From: Phyllobates terribilis
Taxonomy: Eukaryota
Length of the DNA: 64,000 nucleotides
Direction: 5' to 3'
Assembly (NCBI RefSeq): GCF_046119375.1
Contig: NW_027362762.1
Coordinates: forward strand, 865,024,001-865,088,000
Each line of letters begins with the position of its first letter. Positions within the stretch are counted from its first letter, which is position 1. Position numbers and translations under genes: made by a program. The notes below the pieces were generated by a model. The model saw only the letters and a program-made list of their open reading frames with translations, did not search any database and was not told the DNA's origin. Positions 62,971 to 64,000 of this stretch are shown here, one piece after another.

Positions 62971-64000
62971 GATGTACGGTAGCTTGTACCTGATAAAAAT
63001 ATTGTGAACAAAAAATGTAAAAAGGTTCTGGCTCTCGGAATATGACAAGCTGCACGCCAGAAAATACAAAAGACAATGCTAGAATTGCTATTCTATTTTT
63101 GTTCATCCCTCCTGCAAATAAATGGAATAAAAAGCTGTATACAACCGAAAATGGGAGCAGTGGAAACTACTGCTTCTTGCACAAAAAATAAGCCTTTATA
63201 AAGCTCAGTTGATGGGAAAGTGATTGATCCTTGCTTCTCGGAGTATGGCCACACAAAGACAAATGATTTTTATCAAACAGAATTATTGTACACAATTAAT
63301 ATGACATAATATTTGGTATCGCCACAATCGTGCTGCTCCACAGAATAAAGTGAACACTGCAGCGAATGAAAATATAAAATGGCACAAATCAACAAAAACA
63401 CATCCCGGAAAAAAGAAAATGATGGCTCCTGTAATGCAATGATTAAAAACGTGTGGCGATTAAGGCGAATTTAGGCTTTGTCCGGTAAAATCAAGTTATC
63501 ACCTATCCATAGGATAAGTGGATTGGTGATAAGTTACTGATCGTTGGGTGTCCAAATGTTGGTGCCAATCGGCAGAATGAGGAACTTTTATTCCAGTTAC
63601 AATGAAGTGGCAGATTGGACGCCCGACCAAGGCTCCTTTCGTTCTCTATGGCAACGTCAGAAATATCTGAGCACTGCCCCATAGGGAACGAATGAAGTGG
63701 CGGTCAAGCATGTGCACTACCTCTCCACTCTAATAGGGATAAAAGTGCCTGTTTCTGACAATGGGTGCAGGTCCGAGCAGTTGGACTTCCATTGATTACT
63801 GAGTTATCACCTATCTTGTGGCTAGGTGATATCTTTTTTTCATTGGAGAATACCTTTCATGAGTTAATGGATTTGGTGCATTTTTCAACTGCTGTGCAAC
63901 ATTGCAAGAAATGTACTCCAGTCAATGACTGGAGTACATTTCTGTCCTAATTGTATAACACTTTTTTAGTATCGGTTGCATTCGGCCTCGCCCCTCAGAC

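Overview
Vertebrate genomic DNA. The T2/Kolobok-, hAT-, Harbinger- and Tc1-rich repeat landscape suggests an anuran frog (inference). The window holds three spliced genes in the same arrangement as the human SHPK-CTNS-TAX1BP3 cluster. TAX1BP3 (+, 4 coding exons, 124 aa) and CTNS/cystinosin (-, 10 coding exons, 381 aa) are complete. SHPK/sedoheptulokinase (+) is represented by coding exons 1-5 and continues past the window end. CTNS and SHPK are head-to-head across a short CpG-rich promoter; TAX1BP3 has a promoter that looks bidirectional. Introns are packed with mobile DNA: five Tc1/mariner copies (one intact DD34E with TIRs and TA TSDs, one DD38E), a 5.2-kb multi-palindromic hAT element with an 8-bp TSD, many palindromic MITEs, minisatellites, solo LTRs, and L1, L2 and SINE fragments. 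The most notable unannotated signal is three type-I hammerhead ribozyme motifs. Two belong to a ~325-nt non-coding, tandemly repeated, retrozyme-like element in SHPK introns; the third is a Penelope-type motif in TAX1BP3 intron 1. All calls come from reading the sequence by eye; no searches or folding were run.
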